A DNA stretch of 64,000 bases from an uncultured Clostridia bacterium (GTDB lineage Bacteria; Bacillota; Clostridia; Christensenellales; Borkfalkiaceae), in contig CAZDAG010000007.1 of the NCBI GenBank assembly GCA_964503655.1, positions 7,713 through 71,712 on the forward strand. The letters are read 5' to 3'. A program made the translations under genes and the position numbers. The notes beneath the pieces were generated by a model. That model was not told the origin of the DNA, did no database searches, and was given only the letters and a program-made list of their open reading frames with translations. Of the stretch, positions 42,822-53,400 are shown piece by piece; positions within the stretch are counted from its first letter, which is position 1, and each line of letters opens with the position of its first letter.

Positions 42822-43811
42822 TTATTTACTCCAACTGCCGTTATTTTTGCGGAAAGAACTTTGACCTACTCCTGCTTTCTTATCTCTCGACTTCTTTAAA
42901 AGCGCGTCGAACTCGTCTGGATAAGCGAACATCATATCAGTTACAATTTTATATGCAGTTTCTTTTCTGCTCTCTGTGCTTTTCGCTTCCTGCAACTGTT
43001 CGTATAAATCGTGTTGGTCGCGCTCTCTGATTTGTAATTCGCGTTCCTGCATAGTGTTCTTAATCCTTAGATCTTTTATCTCGCTTTCAATGTCCTTTTT
43101 CTTTTTCGGTAAGGGTTTGTTTGCAGCTTCCGTAACCGCGTCTAACGTCTGCGTTAAGTCAGCAAGTTCGGTTTTCTTTTTCTCTGTCTGCCAGTCTATT
43201 TCTGCACCGCGCCGCTCGGCTTCCTCTACTATCTTCTTGGCTCTGTGTTCCGCCGTTGAAATGTGCTTTGCCGCGCTTCCGTATTTGCCTCTTTTTAAAC
43301 CGTATTTCTCCCCTACCTGTTCCCACAGTTCGGTCTGCAACTGCGCCAGCTTCTGCCTGTCAAAAAGACTTTTACTGCTCAACCGTCCGTCGTTTACCGG
43401 CACAATATTTAAGTGTAAATGCGGCGTTGTTTCGTCCAAATGGACTACCGCAGACAACACATTTTCATAGCCGTACTTGTCCATAAAGAAGCGGGAGCAA
43501 TCTTCAAAAAATGCGTGTTGTTCCCAAGCTCGCATATCTTTGAAAAACTCTCCGTCCGATGTTATCACAAACGAGTTCATAAAGATAGCGTCCGAGCGGA
43601 TTTTGCGTTTCAGATCCAATTGCGCCAAACGGCTATTGATAATCTCGATATAACTTTTGCGCGGATTAGCAATATGATAATTATCCTTTGTCCTACTGCT
43701 GTCTATGTTCGGGTTAGCCGTCTGATAGCTTTCGTCCCTTTCGTTTTCTTCTTCGACAGGCGATACCGCCTGCCGCTTATATTTCTCCATATGGCATACT
43801 ATGTAGCTTAT
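42822..43811 (-). CDS. MobV (Mob_Pre) family relaxase, apparently initiated at an ATA codon
   Basis: The signature HLDETTPHLHLNIVP (HxDExxPHxH) is present. The ORF track starts at ATG 43790, but 7 in-frame codons upstream encode ISYIVCH, matching the family N-terminus MSY.V.R. GGAGGA lies 7 nt before ATA (43811..43809), and an in-frame TAA lies 9 codons further up. Confidence 0.75.
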   Translation of the reverse strand: MSYIVCHMEKYKRQAVSPVEEENERDESYQTANPNIDSSRTKDNYHIANPRKSYIEIINSRLAQLDLKRKIRSDAIFMNSFVITSDGEFFKDMRAWEQHAFFEDCSRFFMDKYGYENVLSAVVHLDETTPHLHLNIVPVNDGRLSSKSLFDRQKLAQLQTELWEQVGEKYGLKRGKYGSAAKHISTAEHRAKKIVEEAERRGAEIDWQTEKKKTELADLTQTLDAVTEAANKPLPKKKKDIESEIKDLRIKNTMQERELQIRERDQHDLYEQLQEAKSTESRKETAYKIVTDMMFAYPDEFDALLKKSRDKKAGVGQSSFRKNNGSWSK

Positions 43812-43858
43812 ATTTGTTTCCTCCTTGATATTGTTTTTTTAGTTAACTTTTTTTCAAA

Positions 43859-43878
43859 AAGTGTAGCTCACTACACTT
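43859..43878 (-). other. candidate oriT hairpin
   Basis: AAGTGTAG-CTCA-CTACACTT (8-bp stem) lies about 50 nt upstream of the relaxase start. It is followed by direct repeats AGTTCCGCTTCGC and AGTTCCGCTCGCC. Confidence 0.35.
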
Positions 43879-44444
43879 AGTTCCGCTTCGCTGCATAAGT
43901 TCCGCTCGCCCTGCGGGGCTGTTTTTGCCAATTAAGGCGGTCTGATTGTCATAAATTTACCTCCGAAATGTATTAATGTGGTCTAAAAAAGCACGCAAAA
44001 AAGCCGCTGATACTTTCAACGTAATCACCGACTTCTAACCGTATTTAGCAAATTGAATTGCTCTATGGTGGTTAGCCATTCTATTGAGTTATGTGAGTAA
44101 GGTTAGTTCAGAAACACTCCTTTTTTACAAAAAAAATTTATACGCTTATAAAAGCCTATCACGGCTCACGGTTTTCGCGTACAACAAAAACACCTCGCAT
44201 TCAAAACCGCAAGCTAAGGCACGAACGGACTCTTGCCGTTCAAAAAACTTTCTGCGTTTCGCGGACACTTTCACTCGTCCGCCGCAGATCTCTAACCCTA
44301 TTCAAAGGGTAACATACGAATTATATCGTACAAGATTATTATATCATAAATTTCTTATATGTCAAGAAAATATAAACAATTGTTCGTATATTTTTTAAAG
44401 ATATTAATTGCTTTATAATTAAAATGTAGAACTTCAATAACAAT

Positions 44445-44474
44445 CAACCGCCGACGGAAAACCGTCGGCGGTTG
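44445..44474 (-). terminator. GC-rich hairpin downstream of the Fic gene (end of the long minus-strand operon)
   Basis: CAACCGCCGACGG-AAAA-CCGTCGGCGGTTG has a 13-bp stem. The T-tract on the minus strand is weak. Confidence 0.5.
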
Positions 44475-44496
44475 GTGCTGTTTATCGTTTTTAATC

Positions 44497-45258
44497 TTAT
44501 ATTTCGTAGTAGTAGGAATAATCTATTCCTTTTATAAACATTTCGCGGTTGTTAATTTTGTATGTAAGCGCACCGCTGATAAGCGTAAGAATATCAGTAT
44601 AAACCACAGGACTTTTCTGCATTGCGGAGAGATACGCCCGCTTGTCTATCTCGCTCCAATCCACGCATTTGCGTAAATTGCTTTTTAATATCAAATCAAG
44701 CCAAATCCTCGAGCTCCTGCCGTTGCCTTCCATAAACGGGTGAGCTACTTTCATTTCCACATACTTCTTCACGATGTTCTCAATTGTATCTTCCGGCATC
44801 TTGTCAATGAGGGCAAGATTTTCTTTCAGGTACATTGACGGGGCATAGGCAAAGCCGCCTTTAGCAATATTGCAACCACGAATTTGTCCCGCAAAATCGT
44901 ACAGACCGCCGAAAATATATCCGTGAATTTGCTGTAAACCTTTCGTCGTTCCTACCTCGACTTCGTCTATCAAGCCGTTTTCAAAGAGTTCGTAAGCCTT
45001 CTACTTACTCTTTTCGTCTAGCGTGTTTCCGATTCCTTTTACCCACTGAGAAAAGTTCTTTTTATTCTTTGCCGGAATTAACGCAGTAATTAGCGTAACA
45101 CTGTTTTCGTCTACAACGTCAGTAGGGTAAGACTTACCGTCGTTTGCCTCCAATTTCAGTTGTTTGCAAATTGCAATCAACTGAGTATTTCGGCGTTTCA
45201 TCGTTGCCAAATAAACACGTGAATTACTGCTTTTCGTCAAGGCTTCCGCAATATGCAT
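44497..45258 (-). pseudogene. Fic (FIDO) domain gene interrupted by a single in-frame TAG
   Basis: ORFs 45001..45258 and 44497..44973 are in the same frame, separated only by TAG at 45003..45001 (...[24 protein letters not shown]...). The Fic motif [12 protein letters not shown] lies in the distal part. Confidence 0.65.
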
Positions 45259-45366
45259 TGCGCAAAACCATCATTTGGAAGTATCGTCATCCCAAACGGC
45301 CCTCACAGGAATATCTTCAAAAAATCTGATCGATGTTTTTATCATATCCACTTTATAATCTTATCT

Positions 45367-46509
45367 TTATTTTAACGCCATCAATAAAGCGTCAGCAACC
45401 GCTTCCACATCAGCATGACTTGTGTCTTGATTAAACGATATACGAATAGTACCCGTTTCAAAATCGCTAGGAACATTTATTGCTTTAATCACATGAGACA
45501 CTTGAGTATTAACAGAATCACATGCAGCCCCAGTAGAAATCATTATTCCTTTTAAATCAAGTCTATGCATGAGTACCTCGCCATCTCTTCCCTTGAAAGA
45601 TAAACTGATTACCCCCGGCAAATGATTGCCCTCTTTGTGATCGCCATTCCAAGTGAAATCATTACCGATGACTAGGCCTGCATCCTGCAATTTTGAAATA
45701 AAAAACCTTTCTTCTTCGTAAAGCTTTTGCACGGTTGCAATCTCATTTATACTACTTTTTAAAGCGACAGCCATTCCGATTATCGCGGCTACATTATGTG
45801 TCCCTGCTCTTTTTGAAGATTCTTGAGAGCCACCGCTCATAAAAGAAATTAGATGAGTACCACTTTTTACATACAAAAATCCTACACCCTTGGGGCCTCC
45901 AAATTTATGCGCCGACGCAGAAAGCATATCCACATTCATTTCCTGCACATCTATATTGATATGACCAACTGCTTGAACAGCATCTGTGTGAAAAATCGCT
46001 CCGTTTTTATGTGCTATGTAAGCAAGCTCCTTTATTTGTTGAATTGTGCCAATTTCATTATTGGCAAACATTATGCTTACAAGTCTTGTCCTCTCTGTGA
46101 TTATATTATTCAGTGTATTAGGTAAAACTTTTCCTTCTGTATTCACAGGCAAGTATGCAACAGGATATCCCAATCTTTCAATAAATTCACAACTCCTTAA
46201 AACCGCATGATGCTCTATCGCAGAAGTAATTATGGGGCTTTTATTTTCTAACGCAAAAGCCACCCCTTTGATAGCCCAATTATCACTTTCCGTACCACCT
46301 GAAGTAAAATAAATTTCCTCTGGCGTTGCATTTATACAAGTTGCAATTATCTCTCGTGCCTCTTTTAAGGCTTTTTTAGCACCACGAGAGAACGAGTATG
46401 ACTGAGAAGGATTTCCGTATTCTTCAATCAAATAAGGCTTCATTGCCTCTAAAGCATCAGCTCGTAATTTAGTTGTGGCGGCATTATCCGCATAAATAAT
46501 TGGCCTCAT
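45367..46509 (-). CDS. NifS/IscS/DndA-like cysteine desulfurase (class V aminotransferase)
   Basis: 380 aa with the PLP-lysine context SASAHKFGGPKGVGFLYV and the active-site Cys loop ISTGAACDS. It starts 5 nt after the preceding gene. Confidence 0.85.
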   Translation of the reverse strand: MRPIIYADNAATTKLRADALEAMKPYLIEEYGNPSQSYSFSRGAKKALKEAREIIATCINATPEEIYFTSGGTESDNWAIKGVAFALENKSPIITSAIEHHAVLRSCEFIERLGYPVAYLPVNTEGKVLPNTLNNIITERTRLVSIMFANNEIGTIQQIKELAYIAHKNGAIFHTDAVQAVGHINIDVQEMNVDMLSASAHKFGGPKGVGFLYVKSGTHLISFMSGGSQESSKRAGTHNVAAIIGMAVALKSSINEIATVQKLYEEERFFISKLQDAGLVIGNDFTWNGDHKEGNHLPGVISLSFKGRDGEVLMHRLDLKGIMISTGAACDSVNTQVSHVIKAINVPSDFETGTIRISFNQDTSHADVEAVADALLMALK

Positions 46510-46514
46510 ACATT

Positions 46515-46715
46515 TTATTTAAAGAGCGTACATCCCTCTTCTTTGAACTCCTCAATTTTAGCATACAATTCTTCTTCAGTTACTTCTAAATAATCAGCAA
46601 GACAAGCCATACAATAGAATTCTGTAATGTCTAAACCTAATAATTTTTTATTAATCCCTATAGTATCTTTATCTAAGTTAGGTTTGAAACAAGCAACACA
46701 ATTAGCTTTATTCAT
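46515..46715 (-). CDS. 66-aa Cys-rich protein of unknown function
   Basis: MNKANCVACFKP...EFYCMACLADY...EEGCTLFK has CxxC, CxxC and one further Cys. It overlaps the BrxL-like gene by 8 nt. Confidence 0.6.
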   Translation of the reverse strand: MNKANCVACFKPNLDKDTIGINKKLLGLDITEFYCMACLADYLEVTEEELYAKIEEFKEEGCTLFK

Positions 46716-48177
46716 TAATGTCCCTCAGCTTAAAATCTGGTATTTCCTTATTGCGATATTCTTTATCTAAAGCCCGTTGTTGACCACGTATAATAGACCG
46801 CATCGCTATAGCTGGTTTTAAACAATAATGTTTAAAATCATTGAATTGAACATCTTCAACTTTCCTAACATTGGGGAATAACAATTTAAGATACGCCGTA
46901 CATATTCTCTTTATTGCTTCAGAATCCCTTGTGTCTGCATTATCTGGCTCTAGTAGCAGTCTGTCAACTATAGTACGATATGACGTATCATCTCTCAACA
47001 AATGCATTATTGAACAGAAATATTCAGAATTTAATGCCCATCCTGACAGTTTCAGTCCATCATTCATTCTAGGAATATCCCATCCCTTTATAAAACCATG
47101 TATCCTATCAAGCAATGCCGTTTCTTGAAACAACGGAGGAAGTTCACTCAGCATATAACCATATTCATCCATATTATCTTGATCAATATTACCTAAGAAA
47201 ACTATACCGGCATCTGCTTCGCCTTCAAATCCATTTATATTAAAGGTGCCATATTCCATATATCCTTGAAGAATAGAACGCATTTCATTGTCATCATTAA
47301 ATTTTACTAATTTAACTTCGTCTATAGCAACAAAATCATTACCAGCTATAAACCCATAACGTCCTCTAGCCGTATCAAAAAACATTTTAGCTCTTGATAC
47401 CTTACCGCCATCAACTAATGTACCATATTTACTTACATGTCCAAATAAATATGATTTACCTGTTCCTTTGGGTGCAAGTTCTATTAAGTTCAATCGTTTC
47501 TCTATAAAAGGTAACAATCTAGTTAAAACAGCTAACTTTTCATGTTCGTCTTTGTAACCTGCTGCATTATAATCAACTGCGCCCAAAATAACATCTATCC
47601 ATTCATGAATGTTAAACTCAGCTCTAATGTCTTTATAGTATTCTAAATCAATTGCATAAGGACAAAAATTCTTAAAAGATAATAAACGTATCTTCCCTTT
47701 CTCTTTGCTTTTAATTTTATTGTCAGTTAATACAGCATCAAAATTGTCAGGGTACTTATATCCTAACTCTACAATACCCCATACATCACGACTATTAATT
47801 AATTCTGATTTAACTTGTTCCCAAACATGCGGTTCTATAATTGTTTCTCTGTTTGAAAGCCCAAAATCAGGAAGAGAAAAAGTTATTTCCTGTGTGCTAA
47901 CACTTATATCTACTGAAATTTTTGTGAGAAACTTAACCCTCTCGCCTTCAATGACAATTCTATTTTTAATACTCATCCACTCTTCTTTACGGGGAATTCG
48001 CTGTTTTATGAATTCATCCATTCCTTCATAATCAATATCCCCACTTTCATCTTGAAAAGTTTTAATTAAATAATCCCTTAAAAAGGAGGGTAGATTTAGT
48101 CCGGAAAAGAAACTTGTATTTTTTATATCCTTAAATACAACCATTTCATCAAAGCATTCACGCAATTTATCAGTCAT
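46708..48177 (-). CDS. brxL: BrxL-like AAA ATPase lacking a Lon-protease-like C-terminal domain
   Basis: 489 aa. The N-terminal region resembles BrxL (VVFKDIKN...LPSFLRDYLIKTF). Walker A is APKGTGKSYLF and Walker B is FVAIDEV. Its length leaves no room for a protease domain. Confidence 0.6.
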   Translation of the reverse strand: MTDKLRECFDEMVVFKDIKNTSFFSGLNLPSFLRDYLIKTFQDESGDIDYEGMDEFIKQRIPRKEEWMSIKNRIVIEGERVKFLTKISVDISVSTQEITFSLPDFGLSNRETIIEPHVWEQVKSELINSRDVWGIVELGYKYPDNFDAVLTDNKIKSKEKGKIRLLSFKNFCPYAIDLEYYKDIRAEFNIHEWIDVILGAVDYNAAGYKDEHEKLAVLTRLLPFIEKRLNLIELAPKGTGKSYLFGHVSKYGTLVDGGKVSRAKMFFDTARGRYGFIAGNDFVAIDEVKLVKFNDDNEMRSILQGYMEYGTFNINGFEGEADAGIVFLGNIDQDNMDEYGYMLSELPPLFQETALLDRIHGFIKGWDIPRMNDGLKLSGWALNSEYFCSIMHLLRDDTSYRTIVDRLLLEPDNADTRDSEAIKRICTAYLKLLFPNVRKVEDVQFNDFKHYCLKPAIAMRSIIRGQQRALDKEYRNKEIPDFKLRDINE

Positions 48178-48190
48178 TTGGCTTATCTCC

Positions 48191-50440
48191 TTAGAACAAA
48201 TTATTAATTTTGGCAGATTCTTTTTCTACAATAAACTCTTTTCCGCCACATACTAGTTCACCATTAGAATAGACATCAAATAAGTACTTCTTCGGCTTAT
48301 TAACATCGTCAAGATGAGCAGAAAAGTGCTGTCCATCTGAAGACACTGCATTATATTCTTTACCTTCAATGACCACTGTAACATTTTTTAATTTTGAAGA
48401 AGAATAAAATGATAAAACCGCTTTTGTTTTGAAACTAACTTTAATGGGTTTATCATCAACAATTATTTCTACTTCAATTGCATTAGGTACAATTTCTATT
48501 ATGGGCACAGTAACTTCTTCTATCGTAGCACCGCCATGCATTTCCACCTTGCCCTTACGCCCGCCTTTAAAGGAATTGTAATCGGCAAGTACATAAGTAT
48601 CACCTTCTTCTATTGCATTAGCTATTTTTCTTAGTTCAGGAACAACTTTACATACTCTACCACCATGTTCTCCAACTGACATCACATCTTCTTTGATCTC
48701 ATCTTTATTTAATATTGCTAAACGCGATGCCCCGTGATCAGAAATTACTACGGCCTTTTTTATTAATCCAGATTTAATTTTTGCTTTTATATTTCTTAAA
48801 CATTCATCGATAATTTCCAACTCTTCTATTAAATGAATTGGATAACTAACTTTTTCATAATCATAATTATTTAATCCTTCGTGTTTTAAGCTATCCAGTC
48901 TTTTCTCTTCATGAACTACAATTTTGTGTGTTTCATAAAATCTCTTAAATTCCACATTGAACAAAGTTAATGAAGGCAAATTACATTTGCAAACTTTAGT
49001 CTTAATATTAAGGCCGTATTCTTTACATTTCTTTTCAATATAGGATAAGTATTCTACACCTAACGCATCTATAAAGAAAACTTCTGCTCCTTCGTATTTT
49101 ATCCTCTCAACAAATTCTGTTCTATAAGGTAAACGACTATTAAATGACCTTTGAACGGCCTCCCTATCGACTTTTTCTTTGAACTCTGGGAATAAGATAT
49201 TAATAAGCTTCTGATATTTATATTCTCTGAAGTATTCATTAAGAAAATCATCCCCCAAATTATAGTCATTTAAATAATTGTATAAATCAGGATAAATATT
49301 AGATAAAATATTTAGAAGTTCCTTTTTTACATACTTATCTTTATACTTATCAATACATTCAATTATTTTCTGTTTTTCAACCAACGTATTATCTGTCAAA
49401 TAATAGAGTGCACTCTCATCTTTAGATAAAACCAATTTGCAATAATTATATACTGAATCCTCATCATTAATTTTCTGTAGTAATTGCTTCCAAACTTTAT
49501 ATTTCGACCAGTAATCAGGTTCCCTGTGATTAATTGATAAAATAGAATTATAAATTGATTTTATAAACTCATCAAAACTGTTGGACTTACAGATAGCATA
49601 ATCTATGCACCAATTATTAGTACTTGAAAGTTTAGCTGATAAAAATACCAGCCATTTTTCATAAGTACTCCAATCGGTCCACTTTTCAACTAAACTATCA
49701 ATCTCTTGTTCTTGTCCAATAAAATCAGCTATGGTTGTTTCTAAAGATACTCTGAACTTTTTACATAAAGTTTTCCAATCCTCCTGCGTCCCATATAAAC
49801 TCAAGAGATTTCTTGTTTTATCATCATATAATCCCAACAAATCAAAATAACTCTCACATTCCCCAATTGTAAAAAGGCTGTTAAAATAATCTTTTTTTAA
49901 ATGACTTGTTCTGATGAGAAATCTTTTCCCTTCATATTTTTCCGCGAGATCCAAGATCGCTCTAATCCCTTCACTACAATCTTCTTTATAAAACTCGACA
50001 TCTAAATTTAATAATTCAAATGTACAAGCAGGGGAAATATCCCCTTCCGCAACAACATAGTTGTCCCTATATCTAGGATCAGTTTCTTTATAATAAATCG
50101 AACTTTGATATGTTAAACAAAGGATTTTATGATTGAATGTCATGCTCAATAACCTATGCAACAAATCTTGTAAAGCCATTTCTCCAAATAACTTTAGATA
50201 TGTACCGAGCCCTATGACTACAAGATTACTACTTTGCTGACTTATAGTTTCTAAAAAGTCACTTATACTTATCAAATCATCGGATTTCGATAAATCAAAT
50301 AGTGAAATCTTTTTGAGCCCTAAATATAACAACTCAAGCTCTTTCAGATCCTTAACATTGCAGACATCTACAATTAACGGATGTTTGTCTCTATTCCCTA
50401 AATATTTATCAATCTTGTTTTTAACCTCGTCGAGTCTCAT
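48191..50440 (-). CDS. pglZ: PglZ domain (alkaline-phosphatase-fold) protein
   Basis: 749 aa with a C-terminal half containing FFIDALGVEYLSY and VVISDHGASRLA, as in PglZ domains. Confidence 0.7.
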   Translation of the reverse strand: MRLDEVKNKIDKYLGNRDKHPLIVDVCNVKDLKELELLYLGLKKISLFDLSKSDDLISISDFLETISQQSSNLVVIGLGTYLKLFGEMALQDLLHRLLSMTFNHKILCLTYQSSIYYKETDPRYRDNYVVAEGDISPACTFELLNLDVEFYKEDCSEGIRAILDLAEKYEGKRFLIRTSHLKKDYFNSLFTIGECESYFDLLGLYDDKTRNLLSLYGTQEDWKTLCKKFRVSLETTIADFIGQEQEIDSLVEKWTDWSTYEKWLVFLSAKLSSTNNWCIDYAICKSNSFDEFIKSIYNSILSINHREPDYWSKYKVWKQLLQKINDEDSVYNYCKLVLSKDESALYYLTDNTLVEKQKIIECIDKYKDKYVKKELLNILSNIYPDLYNYLNDYNLGDDFLNEYFREYKYQKLINILFPEFKEKVDREAVQRSFNSRLPYRTEFVERIKYEGAEVFFIDALGVEYLSYIEKKCKEYGLNIKTKVCKCNLPSLTLFNVEFKRFYETHKIVVHEEKRLDSLKHEGLNNYDYEKVSYPIHLIEELEIIDECLRNIKAKIKSGLIKKAVVISDHGASRLAILNKDEIKEDVMSVGEHGGRVCKVVPELRKIANAIEEGDTYVLADYNSFKGGRKGKVEMHGGATIEEVTVPIIEIVPNAIEVEIIVDDKPIKVSFKTKAVLSFYSSSKLKNVTVVIEGKEYNAVSSDGQHFSAHLDDVNKPKKYLFDVYSNGELVCGGKEFIVEKESAKINNLF

Positions 50441-50452
50441 CGTATTGCCCTC

Positions 50453-53400
50453 TTACTTCTTGGTCTTTATAATTTCAATTCCAACCGCCATATTTTCTTT
50501 GATAAGTTTCTTAATGTATTCTTTCAAATCTTGTGGGCTCATTGCATCAACGATTTCATCTGCTACCTTGCTTCCACCATTGTTATATTTGTTAAATGCC
50601 ATGTCTTTAAGCAATAATTCAACACCAGTTGAATTAAGCCAATCATAAGGCTCTTCAGAAAGACGATTTTTTAATTCAGTTTTAACCTGAGAAATATCCG
50701 TAAGTATAACAGCGTAAGACTTAAGGAATCTAGATTTAAATGCCTCTTCTCTATATCGCTCATCTCTTAAGTTTGAAACACATTTTGAAGTCTCTAAAAA
50801 TTTAATGGCATCATTAATTTTAACTTCTTCACCAACCTGTGAATTAATCAACGTACACGCTAAACGAGCTTGCATTTCCTCCGTTTCATCGAACATACAA
50901 GCAACAGGCATTAAATAAATTCTAGACCATTCTAATGGAGTTTCTGTTCCGGTCTTTTCTTTCCACAAAGCACTCAATTTATATTTGTTTAAACTTGACT
51001 TATACTCTTTAACTTTCTCATCAAGTAAACTAATAAATTCACTATTTTCTTTTGTAAACACGCCATAAAGTGATTTAGAAATTTCTATAATATCTTCATT
51101 AGTGAGTCCAGCAAAATAAAATGCGCCGATCTTTTTTAAAACCTCTACTTGGTTTTCATAAAAGTATTTGAAATCTTCAAGCTTATTCTTCAATAATTCA
51201 AGAAACGCTTGCTTTGAATTGTCATAAATATAACCATTCTTCTTAATTTGATATAAAATTTCAAGGAACTCAGATAAATCTCCAATATAATTTTTGGCAG
51301 ATAAGTAAGCAACACGAATATTCTCACATCTAATAGCCCACTCGCGTATTGTTTCGATAAAAGAACATGTCTTTGTAAGAACCTTATTACTTTCAAATGT
51401 TATTTCATATTCAATTATTGTTTCACTTATCTTAGAATCAACAGTGTCTTTATTCCATACCCAATTGGATGCATTGGCATCAAACTTATTTGATAGTGCT
51501 GAAATATAATTGCCCGAATCTCCAATTTGGTTTGCGAGATAAACTAGCTTACCATCTTCATAAAGTTTCAAATAAGCTTTCATACCTTTTACGCAATTTT
51601 CGGCATTCAATAAGTTCTTTAAATCTATTGGCAATTGTTCATTATCTATAAATAATTTACCAATCGCTAAAGCAATGTCCGTTTCGCTTATATTAACTTG
51701 TCCATTATTAGCTAAAGCGACGTAACTATCTATTGCATTTGAAATCACTTCGCTACTACAGCGCATATTTTCCCCATCAAGAATATACTTTATTGTCCAA
51801 ATCGGGAACTTATAAGAAATCATATTATTTCTTATACGATTTCTTGTATTCTCTATTGAGGAACATAACTTTTCATCCAACCCAAACGCAACTGCCGTAC
51901 CAGCATTAAATTTTCTTTGTTCATCAGACAAAGTTTCAATATACATTTCCTTGTACTTAGGATTGGGTGTCTGCACATTTTTAATAACACCTTCGATCAT
52001 AGTCGCAAGTTTTTCGGAAGTCATTGGCTCAGTATTAAGCTCATCACTCCAGTTATAAACTTCATTTGCATATTCTTTTAACACGAATCCTAATATAAAA
52101 GCAACAAGGTTACAAGGCATAAATCCATATGGAGCATCCTTAAGTGCTTCATAAATTCTCGTTATTGAAACTCTCTTATTTTTTGCAAAGGACTCATTGA
52201 TAACTTCATCAACTTTAATTTTAATTTTTGATATAATTAGATTAGGTGATTTCAACCAATATTCTTCAATTAACCACGCATCTTTTAATTGATTCTCCAA
52301 TTTAGTATTCTCATTAGGTGATCTATAAGTCTGCTTGCACTCCTGACATATACCACAAGCAGCACCTAATCTTAAATTGTTTTGAGCATACATAGTATCT
52401 AAGACAGTATAATGTGTCTCAAGAGAATACTCAAAATGCCGTCTGTTTATTTCCTTTAATACAGCAAAAAGCTCACCCAAAGTATTGCAACGACTACCAT
52501 TTAAATTCCCATAGTAAACAACATTGCACTGTGAGATGCGCAACTTCGCCTTCCACCGTTTCAAAGGTTCTTGCGCATTCATAACATATTGCCGTGCCTG
52601 ATTTCTATCTTTAGTGCTTTGATACTCTGCATTTGCCATACCATCAACATATTGCGCAAAAGCATCTAAACCTAAAGGATTTATTGAATAATCAATAAAA
52701 ATAATATTACTATTATTTTCGTCACTCGCATATTTGGTAAGTTCTTCATTTATTTTAGTTTCTTCAGACTCATCTTTCGCGTATAAAAATACAGCATATA
52801 ACCTTGTAGGATGCGAAATTGAATCATTTTTAATTGCGTTAGTTACTGTTTTTAAATTATCTAAACCGACATACTTTGCTAAATATCTTATATCAAGATA
52901 CTTAGGCAGGTCGAACTCGTCAGCCATTCCACTTTCTTCAATTAGCTTGGAGGTTAATGTCAGCTTAAATTTCTCTTTTAATTTATTTATTTCTTCATGA
53001 TTGGCTTCTGACACATAGGCAGAATATTTAAATTGATCCCCTCCCAATGTTCTTCTAAAAATTATTTTTTCTCTTTCCAGAGAAGTAGCATGGCTCAAAC
53101 AAGAGGCAAAGTATTCTCCTCCCTCCATAGCAAGTTTTAAATTTTTTTCATTTGGTATAAACAGCTCTACCTTATCGTTTACCTTTTCACTAATCGCCTG
53201 AAGTAGTAATATTGTCTTTAAAACTACTTTTTCTCCTCTATTCAAATTATACGATTCTGCCCTACCATAACTGTCCAGAATGGTCCTAACTTGAGGAGAT
53301 AATTGCTCCTTTCCTTTTTCGTAGAAAAAGTCCCAAAGCATATCTACAGTTAACAACGGATTATTATCATATGGCCCAACATTATTGATAAACCACTGAA

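Noticed and set aside
44084-44398. 104-aa plus-strand ORF between the relaxase region and the Fic terminator
   Set aside because: It has no RBS and a low-complexity translation, and it lies in a region that looks like decayed or intergenic DNA.
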